A DNA stretch of 48,647 nucleotides. It comes from Verrucomicrobiales bacterium. Its GTDB lineage: Bacteria > Verrucomicrobiota > Verrucomicrobiia > Verrucomicrobiales > DEV007. How positions within the stretch are numbered: position 1 is the first letter of the stretch; every line of letters starts with the position of its first letter. A program made the position numbers and the translations under genes. Below are positions 41,201 to 48,647 of the stretch, one piece after another. Where the stretch lies: the NCBI GenBank assembly GCA_047619485.1, contig JBLHKE010000001.1:1-48647 (forward strand), written 5' to 3'. The notes below the pieces were generated by a model that did not search any database, was not told the DNA's origin, and was given only the letters and a program-made list of their open reading frames with translations.

Positions 41201-42177
41201 TTCACCGAGAGGATCCGCGCGCCAGGGGCGACGCCATCGCGATGCGGTGTGTCTGGAAAATGGGCGGCGGCGATCGATGCCACATGGCTGCCGTGTGAAC
41301 CGCTGACGGTCACGATCGATAGCAGGTTGCCTTCCTCATAGACCTGCACCGCGAAGGTCGAAGCCTCCTCTTCAGCCAGCATGCCGAACTCGCCAGCGAT
41401 GCCGAAGGGGCGCAGGACCTTCTCGTCATTGAGGTCGCCATCCTCATCGGTGTCGATCACCGCATGGAACTGCTTCCCATCTGACCAGACGACACAGTCG
41501 TAAACCGGCCCCGGATCGGAGGTTGCATAACCACGCTCCAACGATTCGAGAATCTGTTCGTGGGCGACCTCGTTTTTCTCTTTCAGGCTGCGATCTTCCG
41601 CTGCCTTGTTGAACGTTTTGCGCTCGCCTCTCCTCTCAGCAGCGAGGCGCTCGTCTGCACGCCGATCGGTGATCTCGCCGAGCTCGCGCTGCCATTTGGA
41701 AGATCTCAAGTTCGACACCCGGCGTGTTACGCCGCCATGGAACAAGTCGCTCGCGCGCTTGATCCCGAGGTGAAATTTCTTCGAAGGGTTGGTTACTTTT
41801 TTCGGCAGCGTCAGTGTGCGTCCGGTGAGCCCTTGCAAGGTTCCGTCATCACCCCGTTCAGCAAGGTGGGAAGTGTCGACATCTCCGGATCCAGTCGCGT
41901 CGATCACGTCGACGATCTTGCGCTTGCCGGTCGAGGTTTTTTGCAATCCCGCCGCCGCTGGATCGACCCCGGTATCGAACACCGCGATCACCGCCTCACG
42001 CCCGTCGAACTTCGGGTGCTTCTTCAAGAACTCCAAGATACCCGTTTCGCGTTTTGGAATCAGCGCTTCCTGCTCGGTTTTCACGGGCGAATCCTTCTGC
42101 GCGAAAGTCTGAGTAAAAGGCGAAAATGTGGCCAAAATGGCTGTGGCGTAGAGGAAAACTCGGTGGTGTCTGATCAT
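38260..42177 (-). CDS. secreted tripeptidyl-peptidase II-like S8 serine peptidase (~1305 aa)
   Basis: ATG 42177 gives the signal peptide MIRHHRVFLYATAILATFSPFTQTFAQ (the track start is TTG 42198). The triad contexts are VFDTGVD, SGSHGSHVAS and NGTSMSSPSVAG. The Asp-His gap is about 227 aa and the His-Ser gap about 186 aa. A large beta-rich middle and a helical Lys-rich C-terminus follow. Confidence 0.85.
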   Translation of the reverse strand: MIRHHRVFLYATAILATFSPFTQTFAQKDSPVKTEQEALIPKRETGILEFLKKHPKFDGREAVIAVFDTGVDPAAAGLQKTSTGKRKIVDVIDATGSGDVDTSHLAERGDDGTLQGLTGRTLTLPKKVTNPSKKFHLGIKRASDLFHGGVTRRVSNLRSSKWQRELGEITDRRADERLAAERRGERKTFNKAAEDRSLKEKNEVAHEQILESLERGYATSDPGPVYDCVVWSDGKQFHAVIDTDEDGDLNDEKVLRPFGIAGEFGMLAEEEASTFAVQVYEEGNLLSIVTVSGSHGSHVASIAAAHFPDTPHRDGVAPGARILSVKIGDTRFGGSSTGVGEMRGVAACAQYGVDIMNASWGGASQYQDGGNLGARTYNLLVEKYGVTAFVSAGNSGPALSTLGSPGGDASSVIGVGAYVSSEMARVLHNQTSKAPSTAYNFSARGPAKNGDLGVDIMGPGGAYASLAYDELRKSQRYNGTSMSSPSVAGLGALLVSAAKQSKVEHSPARIRAALMNSAHFVRDVEVFAQGAGLVQALPAWDHLKANAEESAWDHFYSINTESNTFRNGPGLYLRGDIPAGKKEVRFDITPKFIQRVNAPEKYAFEEDLVFTSTQPWVKVPDYVRLANGRITIRPILDIPETRPGQPPLYAEIQARLADSPNSGPLLRIPITIVRGEKTDPHAKHRASYSLDLKSGATDRHFFQIPANANFMKLRLHRQSADPLPRVVILHAVTLVADGSYYSFNKMSYFGMTPGAEAEILIPVEGGKTTELAIHQPYFSAGKTTLGVDLQFIGIDSDQDLLSFNQNDEHVPLRVVSASSETVSGEGSIDRAHFSQLPEKTEFLSPDQREAFPPGPRQEKGLSPAFLRQTFSVAVEKPTKIELQSARRFSAGSEIAGGVITAYHESGKLLYQGGAYRNSGLTLPKGKTTFYRDLRSLERSMLEREQDRPLAYSTKLDKPKTLELFTSNREVMQGKKTGALELVANRSNSLLVGAAGLASLGSQKPAPDYFSGSFKLKQQGGAKHELLSIRVECRPGADFKAVANQKKKPESLEKKKAALDKLTDDRFQRRLTFVRATKLSEKAEEQAKRDELLKALLQEKPKDADLHVIHAMIHAGQAGLLIAPPKKGDAPKKKPAKKKNKNAPKQVMKILKKARALSDPKGVATYFGARSEPDEATLDEKKEASERQKKMDLRRKRLATIARLEAEILLKANRLKPSRKALAEIRRWEDQPSKDYQKVELALLIAEGYHALALQKIDAQLKDSPFDKKLHEEKLTLYEQLGLDKRFADRIRLQQKMRDQRLALPQ

Positions 42178-42417
42178 TTCGGTGGGTTTGTTGCTCAAAA
42201 GTCGATAATTCTACACCAAATCCACTCAAAGTGTTCTGATAATTATTTAAAATATAGAAATAATCAATATACCGAGAGTTTTCTTGGAAGTAATTGCTCG
42301 ATGGGGCGTTTTCGAGTTGTCAGGTGGGGGGATTGTGGATTTGGTGGAAGTCCGGCAAGATGCCAAACCTACGTAGCCTCGGAATCCTGCCGAGGGACGC
42401 GGCAGGAGAATTGAAGG

Positions 42418-42891
42418 ATGGAAATGATTCGTGCCCAGTCACCTGATGAGATCGACGACGCGCGTCGGCTGTTCCGTGAATACGAGGCCTTCTTGGATGT
42501 GGACTTATGCTTCCAAGATTTTGAGGCAGAACTGGCAAGCCTTCCTGGGAAATACGGTGGCCCAGAAGGTGAGTTACTGCTGGCTTATGAGGCTGATCAC
42601 GCGGTCGGCTGTGTCGCCCTGCGGCGATTGGAGGACGGCGTTTGCGAGATGAAGCGCCTGTTCGTTAGGCCAGCGGCGAGAGGTCGCGGTTTGGGGCGAC
42701 AGCTCGCGGAGGAGATTGTTCGGGCAGCGTGTGAGTTGGGTTACGCGACAATGCGACTCGACACGCTCGAGAGATTGGAAGGGGCGATGCACCTCTACGA
42801 GGGGCTCGGTTTTCGCAGGATCGGAGCTTACTACGACAACCCGCTCGCCGAGGTCGCCTACTTTGAAGCGGATCTCTATTCCTCCAGCTGA
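42418..42891 (+). CDS. GNAT family N-acetyltransferase
   Basis: The acetyl-CoA binding motif is present (VRPAARGRGLGRQLAEEIV). The protein is 157 aa and overlaps the ggt 3' end convergently by 16 nt. Confidence 0.88.
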   Translation: MEMIRAQSPDEIDDARRLFREYEAFLDVDLCFQDFEAELASLPGKYGGPEGELLLAYEADHAVGCVALRRLEDGVCEMKRLFVRPAARGRGLGRQLAEEIVRAACELGYATMRLDTLERLEGAMHLYEGLGFRRIGAYYDNPLAEVAYFEADLYSSS

Positions 42892-44699
42892 TCTGTCTTA
42901 CTCTTCGCGCGCTTCCCGTCCTCGTCCTGAGGCGTTTTGGCGGCTGGCTTGGGCACTCCTTCTTCTGGGAATGGGGGCAGGCCGATGGTCAATGCTCCGC
43001 GGCGGCGCGGGTCACTGGCACCTTGGAAAATACCAGCGCCATAGGAGATGGTCTGGGTCGAGCCTAGCGCTGGGCCAAGGCGCACCTTGTGCCCTCTGGA
43101 TGCTAGCAAGCGGATGGTGTCGGGGCTGAAGCCGCGCTCGATGCGGATCTCGTCAGGGAACCACTGGTGGTGGAAGCGTGGTGCTGCGGTGGCCTCGGCG
43201 ACGTTCATGCCGTGGTCGGCGAGGTTGCAGGTCATCTGTAGGACGATGTTGATGATGCGGCTGCCGCCCGGGCTGCCGGTGGCGATGATGCTGCCGTCCT
43301 CCTTGAAGATGAGCGTTGGTGTCATGCTGCTGAGCATGCGTTTTTCCGGTTCGATGGCGTTGCGCCGACCGCCGATCAGGCCGTAGGCGTTGGGCTTGCC
43401 GGGCTTGGCTGAGAAATCGTCCATCTCGTTGTTGAGCAGGATGCCGGTGCCGGGGACGACCAGTTTCGAGCCGTAGCTGAAATTTAATGTGTAAGTGTTA
43501 GATACGGCGTTGCCGAAGCGGTCGATGACGCTGTAGTGCGTCGTCTCGTTGCTCTCGAAGCGCTCTAGCGGGTCGAGGCCTGGGGCTACTTCGAGGCTTG
43601 GGGTCGCGTGCTTGGGGTCGATCTTCTCGGCCAGCAGGCGGGCGTATTTTTTCGAGATCAGCTGCTTGGTCGGGATGTCGGTGAAGTCGGGGTCGCCGAG
43701 GTAGCGCGAGCGGTCGGCGAAGGCGAGGCGCATCGCCTCTGCACTGACGTGGATGGCATCGGCCGAGTTGTGGCCGTATTGCTCGATTGGGAACTGCTCC
43801 AACATGTTGAGCATCTGGATCAGGTGGACGCCTCCGGAACTCGGAGGCGGCATCGATACAACTTTGACGCCGCGGTAGGTGCCGGTGACGGGCTTGCGGA
43901 TGACGGGCTGGTAGCCTGCGAGATCGTCCATGGTGATGAGGCCGCCGTTGGATGCCATGTCGGCGGCGATCGCCTCGGCGATCTCGCCCTTGTAGAACGC
44001 GTCGGAGCCCTGCTCGGAGATCAGGCGCAGGGTCTTCGCGAGGTCTTTCTGAACTAGTAGCGAGCCGATCGGCCACGGGCTGTGATCGGGTTGGAAGAAG
44101 ATCTTCATTGCCTCCGGGGCGGGCTTGAAGTCGTCGGAGTAGAATTTGAGCGAGTCGAACAGGTCTTCGCCGACCGGGAAACCCTGTTCGGCAAGGTTGA
44201 TGGCTGGCGCGAGCGCGCGCTGCAGGCTGATGGTGCCGTACTTTTCTAGCGCCAATGTGAGTCCTCTTACGGTGCCGGGCACGCCGGCTGCGAGGTGGGT
44301 GATCTGCGACAGATCGGCCACGGGATTGCCTTTCACGTCGAGGAACATGTCGCGGCTGGCGGCTTTTGGCGCCTTTTCGCGGTAGTCGATGGCGATTTGT
44401 TTCTGCTCATCGGCGAGGTGCACGATCATGAAACCACCGCCACCGATATTGCCAGCACGGGGCAAGGTGACCGCGAGCGTGAAGCCGGCGGTGACCGCTG
44501 CGTCGATGGCGTTGCCACCTTCAGCGAGGACGTCTGCGGCGGCTTTGGTGGCGTGGGCGTCTTGGCTGGAGACCATCCCGCCGTAGCCGACCACCGGGTG
44601 GACGATGGCGGGGTCACGGAAGATCGCGGTCTGGGCGGTGGCGATCGTAGTGAGCGCGATCGCGATTGCGACAATTGTGAGTGGGATGGATCGGGTCAT
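42876..44699 (-). CDS. ggt: gamma-glutamyltransferase
   Basis: A signal peptide and full-length GGT pattern are present (GGNAIDAAVA-type N-terminus, autoprocessing site SSMTPT, GSPGGSRII). A charged C-terminal extension of about 35 aa follows. Confidence 0.92.
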   Translation of the reverse strand: MTRSIPLTIVAIAIALTTIATAQTAIFRDPAIVHPVVGYGGMVSSQDAHATKAAADVLAEGGNAIDAAVTAGFTLAVTLPRAGNIGGGGFMIVHLADEQKQIAIDYREKAPKAASRDMFLDVKGNPVADLSQITHLAAGVPGTVRGLTLALEKYGTISLQRALAPAINLAEQGFPVGEDLFDSLKFYSDDFKPAPEAMKIFFQPDHSPWPIGSLLVQKDLAKTLRLISEQGSDAFYKGEIAEAIAADMASNGGLITMDDLAGYQPVIRKPVTGTYRGVKVVSMPPPSSGGVHLIQMLNMLEQFPIEQYGHNSADAIHVSAEAMRLAFADRSRYLGDPDFTDIPTKQLISKKYARLLAEKIDPKHATPSLEVAPGLDPLERFESNETTHYSVIDRFGNAVSNTYTLNFSYGSKLVVPGTGILLNNEMDDFSAKPGKPNAYGLIGGRRNAIEPEKRMLSSMTPTLIFKEDGSIIATGSPGGSRIINIVLQMTCNLADHGMNVAEATAAPRFHHQWFPDEIRIERGFSPDTIRLLASRGHKVRLGPALGSTQTISYGAGIFQGASDPRRRGALTIGLPPFPEEGVPKPAAKTPQDEDGKRAKSKTDQLEE

Positions 44700-44748
44700 G
44701 GCTTCGCTTGGGCGGGGTGATCGAGGGGGCGAGGTGCCCCTTACTACG

Positions 44749-45894
44749 CTAGATCATTGGTTCGACTTCGCCACTGCCTTTGCTGGTCTTGGTGCTGTTG
44801 AGGAACTGGGTTCCCCACGGCGAGCGGACGAAGCCGTAGAGTGCTGAGACGACGATGATGAGGAGCACGACTGTCAGCAAGCGGTTGTAGGTGCGGCGTT
44901 CGAAGACGCCGCCCTCGCCTGGCATCGGGGTGGTATTCGGGTAGCGAGGCAGGCCGTATTCGTCGGCGATCTCGATCAGGTGGAGCAGGTGGATCACTGG
45001 TTTGCCCTGGTCGCTGAAGGCGGCCATCACCGAGGTGTTGGTGTCCGCACCGCGCGGCGGGTTCAGGTTGAGCCCCTGACGGAAGCTCTCTTTGGCGATC
45101 GCTTTACCGGCGGAGCTAGTGCCGCCGCCGACGTTGATATAGGCGACGATCGGACCCTCGGCTTTCTCGCGGTAGATCTCGAGGCGCTGCTTGACGCTGT
45201 CGGCATAGTTTTCCGGACTGAGGAACCGTGGCACGTCATTGCGTTCGATCCCGGAGCGCAGGAGTTCGAGCGAAGCGTCGGGCAGGCCTTTGGCGACGTC
45301 CTCGATCCCGCCGAGTGATGCCGCGACGGCGCGGAATTTGATAGGCGTCTTCTCTGCGATGATCTTCTCCATGTCGAGCCAGAGGAACTCCGGGTTGTTA
45401 GCGCCCCACTCGGAAGACGAGGCGCTGGCGATGATGACCGGCTTGAGTTTGAGCGTGTGGCAGGCGGCGTAGACGGCGAGGTTGACCGCGGGGTACGAGC
45501 CGGAGACACCGATCGCAATGCTGTCGCCCGACTTGAGCCCGGCGTCCTTGAACATGTCGACGATCACGGCGGCGAAGTTCGGGTTCAACGAGGTGCGCTT
45601 GGTGAAGTAGCCACCAGCGTTGGTGGTGACTGGGGTGTGTGGCAGGCCGAGGATGCCGGTCTCGGCGGGATCGAGCGTGGTGTCGATTGGGCCGAAGTTG
45701 TTGAGGCGGTGCTGCTTGAGCGCCACCATTCCGTCGGCAGCCAGTTCGGCGGCGGCGAGTTTTTCGTCGTAGTGCTTCTGGCGGATGTCCTTTTTAAAAT
45801 GCTCGACGATCGCGACAGCGCCGACGGCGAGGAGTGCTACGAGCGCCATGGCGCGGATTGAGATGCCTTTCGGCCTCCAGTAAATACCTTTCAT
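44749..45894 (-). CDS. poly-gamma-glutamate system protein (PgsA-replacing family)
   Basis: A 381-aa bitopic protein with TM segments at both ends. Its sequence pattern and its position directly after pgsB-pgsC match the family annotated as poly-gamma-glutamate system protein. This is from recollection, not a search. Confidence 0.6.
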   Translation of the reverse strand: MKGIYWRPKGISIRAMALVALLAVGAVAIVEHFKKDIRQKHYDEKLAAAELAADGMVALKQHRLNNFGPIDTTLDPAETGILGLPHTPVTTNAGGYFTKRTSLNPNFAAVIVDMFKDAGLKSGDSIAIGVSGSYPAVNLAVYAACHTLKLKPVIIASASSSEWGANNPEFLWLDMEKIIAEKTPIKFRAVAASLGGIEDVAKGLPDASLELLRSGIERNDVPRFLSPENYADSVKQRLEIYREKAEGPIVAYINVGGGTSSAGKAIAKESFRQGLNLNPPRGADTNTSVMAAFSDQGKPVIHLLHLIEIADEYGLPRYPNTTPMPGEGGVFERRTYNRLLTVVLLIIVVSALYGFVRSPWGTQFLNSTKTSKGSGEVEPMI

Positions 45895-45927
45895 TGATTC
45901 GTTCTTTCTGGGTGTGAGGAGATTGAT

Positions 45928-46443
45928 TTATTCGGAATCGGAGTCGGACTCGATCACTTGGGATGCGGAGTTGATCTTGTTCTCGAACAGTTCGATCTCG
46001 GTAGGGATCAGCAGGATGAGGATCAATCGCGTGACCATCGAGACGGTGGCCAGTGAGGTGATGGTCTCGAGCACACCCTGGCGATCCATCCACAGTGCGA
46101 TGAGTCCTGGGATGATGAAGCCAATGACCTGGTAGTCGCCGCCGAGTCCGGAGAAGTGATCGCCACCGATAGTCCTGAAGCCGACGCCGAGCACGTAGCC
46201 GGTGAGGATGGCTAGCGCGGTGCGGCGTTTCCCGTAGACGATGACGATCGAGGCGACGAGGCGTATCACCAAGTAGGTGAGGACGGCGATGCCCAGCGTC
46301 AGGAGGATACTAATCGGCTGGAAGGTGAACACGGCGAAGTAGCCGGGGACGACGAGGCCGCCGGCTTTGAAGCCGAAGAACTCTGCGAAGAGCAGGCTGA
46401 CGACGAGGCCGACGCCGATGGAGACAGTGAGTAGATCGATCAT
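45928..46443 (-). CDS. pgsC: poly-gamma-glutamate biosynthesis protein PgsC/CapC
   Basis: A small polytopic membrane protein. SLLFAEFFGFKAGGLVVPGYFAV and GFIIPGLIALWMDRQG parallel B. subtilis PgsC. Confidence 0.85.
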   Translation of the reverse strand: MIDLLTVSIGVGLVVSLLFAEFFGFKAGGLVVPGYFAVFTFQPISILLTLGIAVLTYLVIRLVASIVIVYGKRRTALAILTGYVLGVGFRTIGGDHFSGLGGDYQVIGFIIPGLIALWMDRQGVLETITSLATVSMVTRLILILLIPTEIELFENKINSASQVIESDSDSE

Positions 46444-46468
46444 GTTTGTTTTTTGTAATAGAAAATTG

Positions 46469-47671
46469 TTAGAGGATGGCGGCAGTGGGCGACTCCTCCG
46501 GGGCGCAGCGATTCTTGACCATCTGCAGGAGGTCGAGGCCGGGGCCGCCGATATTGCCCATGCCGATGATGAGGGCAGACTGCCCGGAGACGGAGAGCAT
46601 GGTCTCGAAGATCTGTGAGGCGTTCTTACCGTCGGCGTAGTGGATCTTCTCCGGGTCGATGCCGTTTTTCAACGCGGCGCGGGTGAATGCGTGGGTGCCG
46701 GTGCCGATCAGTAGGTAGAGGTCGGCAGGCGACCACTCGACACAGGCCTCGCCGAGGCTGTAGGAGCGGTCCGGGCGGTCGGCGCGGCAGTTGAAAAGGG
46801 CGATGCGCATGATGCCTTCGCGCTTGGCCACCGAGGACTCCCAGATGCGCCCGGTGGAGACGGGATCGTTGGCGGCGAAGGCATTGACGAAGAATAATTT
46901 GCGACCGAAGTAGTCGATTTTGTATTCTTTGAGAACGCCGATGTCTGGGGGCGATTTGTACATCCCGTCGAGCGCGGTCTGGCGCTCGATTTTGAGGTCG
47001 GCGCAGATGCTGAGGACGAGGGCGACATTCTCCGCGTGTTCCTGGTAGGGGAAGCCGGCGAGATCCTCCTCAGTGATGTTGGCGACGTCGTCTTCGGTAG
47101 TTCCGACGAACTCTGACCCGCGGTCCTCGCAGGCCTGGATCATCGGCGCTGCGTGCTCGCGCTCACAGGTGAATAATTTTCCGCCGCGCGGCACCATGCC
47201 GCTGAGTGCGAGCGAAACATCTTCTGGTTCCGGCCCCATGACGTCGAGGTGGTCGGGGCGCGCGTTGGTGATCACTCCGTGGGTGGCGCGCACGAACATC
47301 TTCTCGGACATCCACTGGTAGCTCGGCTGCAGCGCCATGCACTCGATGACGAGCACGTCTGGCTTGTAGGCGGCGGCGGTCTTCACGACGCGCACCTGTT
47401 CGCCGACGTTGGCACCGGCCGGCCGGTAGATCGGGTACTCGCGCCCGATCGGGGTGATGAAGCGCGCCAGCGTGCCGGTGGTCTTCGCGCAGGTGGTGAG
47501 CCCCGCTTCGCGCAGGGCGCCAGATAGGAGGCGGGTGACGCTCGACTTCCCGCGGGTACCGTTGACGTGGATTCGCACCGGGATGGTGTCGAGCCTCTTG
47601 CGGTGGGCATGGGCCTCCAATAGGCCGAGGAGCAGGATGAAGAGGAGGCAGCAGGATAGCAGGACTAACAT
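46469..47671 (-). CDS. pgsB: poly-gamma-glutamate synthase PgsB/CapB (Mur-ligase-family amide ligase)
   Basis: Trimmed to ATG 47671. An N-terminal TM helix is followed by RKRLDTIPVRIHVNGTRGKSSVTRLLSGALREAG, closely parallel to the B. subtilis PgsB N-terminus. The start overlaps the upstream stop (ATGTTAG). Confidence 0.88.
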   Translation of the reverse strand: MLVLLSCCLLFILLLGLLEAHAHRKRLDTIPVRIHVNGTRGKSSVTRLLSGALREAGLTTCAKTTGTLARFITPIGREYPIYRPAGANVGEQVRVVKTAAAYKPDVLVIECMALQPSYQWMSEKMFVRATHGVITNARPDHLDVMGPEPEDVSLALSGMVPRGGKLFTCEREHAAPMIQACEDRGSEFVGTTEDDVANITEEDLAGFPYQEHAENVALVLSICADLKIERQTALDGMYKSPPDIGVLKEYKIDYFGRKLFFVNAFAANDPVSTGRIWESSVAKREGIMRIALFNCRADRPDRSYSLGEACVEWSPADLYLLIGTGTHAFTRAALKNGIDPEKIHYADGKNASQIFETMLSVSGQSALIIGMGNIGGPGLDLLQMVKNRCAPEESPTAAIL

Positions 47672-48647
47672 TGGGCGAGTGATTCGGTGAGGAGGATTTG
47701 GATGGTGTCGGCAGCGTGTTCGAGGGCCGCCACGCACGAGCGGTGATCAGGTGCTTCAGCGATGATCTTTCCCTTGCTGTCACCACTTCCAACGCGATTT
47801 GGTACTACGTCGCCGGGGCGGAGTCTACAGGAGACACTGATGATTTCGGGTGCGCTGAGAGCTTTGTCTAGGCCGAGGACTTCGCTAATTTGGCCAGCTG
47901 TGGGATGGATCAACCACACTCCGGCGGTCTTCCCGGCGTGGTCGGGTAGTGCAACGGGTCGTTTGCCGACGGCGAGCGACAACACTGAAGTCCATGGATT
48001 GAACCCGTAGGCGCGGCGGATCAGTTCCATGATGTAGCCGCCGGGCGGACGGGCGGCGATCTCGCCGAACACCGGTCCGTCTGGGGTGAGAAAGATCTCC
48101 ATGTGGCTGATACCATCGCTGATGCCGATGGCCGTGTGGACGCGCTCGTTGAGCGCGTCGATGTCATCCAACTGGGGGGTGTCGAGCACCGCTGGGACGA
48201 CATTCGCCCAGCGCGGTTTCAGGTAGCGGGTCGGGTTACGGAAAATGGTGGTGCCGTCGTGTCGCAGCGTCTCGATGCTCATCTCGGTGCCGCAGACGAA
48301 GCCCTCGGCGAGCAAACCCGGGCGTAGCTTAGCGGCGACCTCCTGGGCAGTTTTACAGATCCAGACCCCGCGTCCACCGGAGCTGATCGGCATCTTCAAA
48401 ACCAGCGGCAGGCCGAGTGTCGCGACGAGTTCGTCGGCGCTGGTCTCGGTGGTGATCTCACGCCAAGGAGCACAGGGGATTCCCGCAGCGGCGATGGCCT
48501 TTTTCATCGCTAGTTTGTCGTGGCATCGCAGCGCGGTATCCGGTGTGATCCCGGGGAGACCAAGGTACTCGCGCACGGCAGCCGCAGCGCAGACGGCGCC
48601 GGTCGCTACTGCCGCCACGCCGATTGGCGGGTGGTCATGGGAGAGTT
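47665..48647 (-). CDS. ATP-grasp domain ligase (N-terminus outside window)
   Basis: The frame is open to the window edge. ATP-grasp pattern: KLAMKKAIAAAGIPCAPW ... LPLVLKMPISSGGRGVWIC ... AEGFVCGTEMSIETL ... SHMEIFLTPDGPVFGEIAARPPGG. Confidence 0.8.
   Translation of the reverse strand, partial: LSHDHPPIGVAAVATGAVCAAAAVREYLGLPGITPDTALRCHDKLAMKKAIAAAGIPCAPWREITTETSADELVATLGLPLVLKMPISSGGRGVWICKTAQEVAAKLRPGLLAEGFVCGTEMSIETLRHDGTTIFRNPTRYLKPRWANVVPAVLDTPQLDDIDALNERVHTAIGISDGISHMEIFLTPDGPVFGEIAARPPGGYIMELIRRAYGFNPWTSVLSLAVGKRPVALPDHAGKTAGVWLIHPTAGQISEVLGLDKALSAPEIISVSCRLRPGDVVPNRVGSGDSKGKIIAEAPDHRSCVAALEHAADTIQILLTESLAQC

Noticed and set aside
1-48647. I scanned the whole window for CRISPR arrays, rRNA genes, intact tRNAs, integrases/recombinases, reverse transcriptases and known defence-system genes.
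   Set aside because: None was found. There are no regularly spaced direct repeats, no T-loop/anticodon-arm combinations forming a cloverleaf, and none of the supported ORFs shows motifs of those families.

Overview
This is a 48.6-kb chromosomal window from a high-GC bacterium (about 60% by eye). The gene content points to a diderm of the PVC group, probably Verrucomicrobiota; this is an inference. The pointers are a PSCyt/DUF1553 + DUF1501 gene pair, an ECF-type sigma factor with a TRWSMI N-terminus, a TorF-like porin and lpxA. I support about 45 protein genes and found no rRNA, tRNA or CRISPR array.

Most of the window is housekeeping:
- yicC-gmk, sprT-like with cysE, and grpE-dnaJ-rsmE
- a LysR / pirin / DoxX / CDGSH / FMN-reductase redox cluster
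- metY, lpxA, tig-clpP, an RCK potassium channel and ggt

Parts worth a second look:
1. At the right end (42876-48647) is a non-canonical poly-gamma-glutamate-type operon. It runs ATP-grasp ligase, PgsB, PgsC, a 'poly-gamma-glutamate system protein' and GGT, with no PgsA/CapA. This is my best candidate for an undescribed system.
2. A 1305-1312 aa secreted subtilase has the catalytic spacing and length of eukaryotic tripeptidyl-peptidase II.
3. A low-GC island of about 1.9 kb (36.4-38.26 kb) consists of decaying gene fragments next to an ankyrin protein.
4. A family of two-tier RNA hairpins sits 1-5 nt after stop codons (4 copies), and the window also holds a solitary long RayT/IS200-like HUH gene.
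5. Several oversized, visibly structured intergenic regions are ncRNA or leader candidates that I could not assign to any known RNA family: 1393-1548, 8531-8596, 11596-11681, 17510-17863 and 23514-23715.

All family assignments come from reading the translated ORFs. No database search was run.
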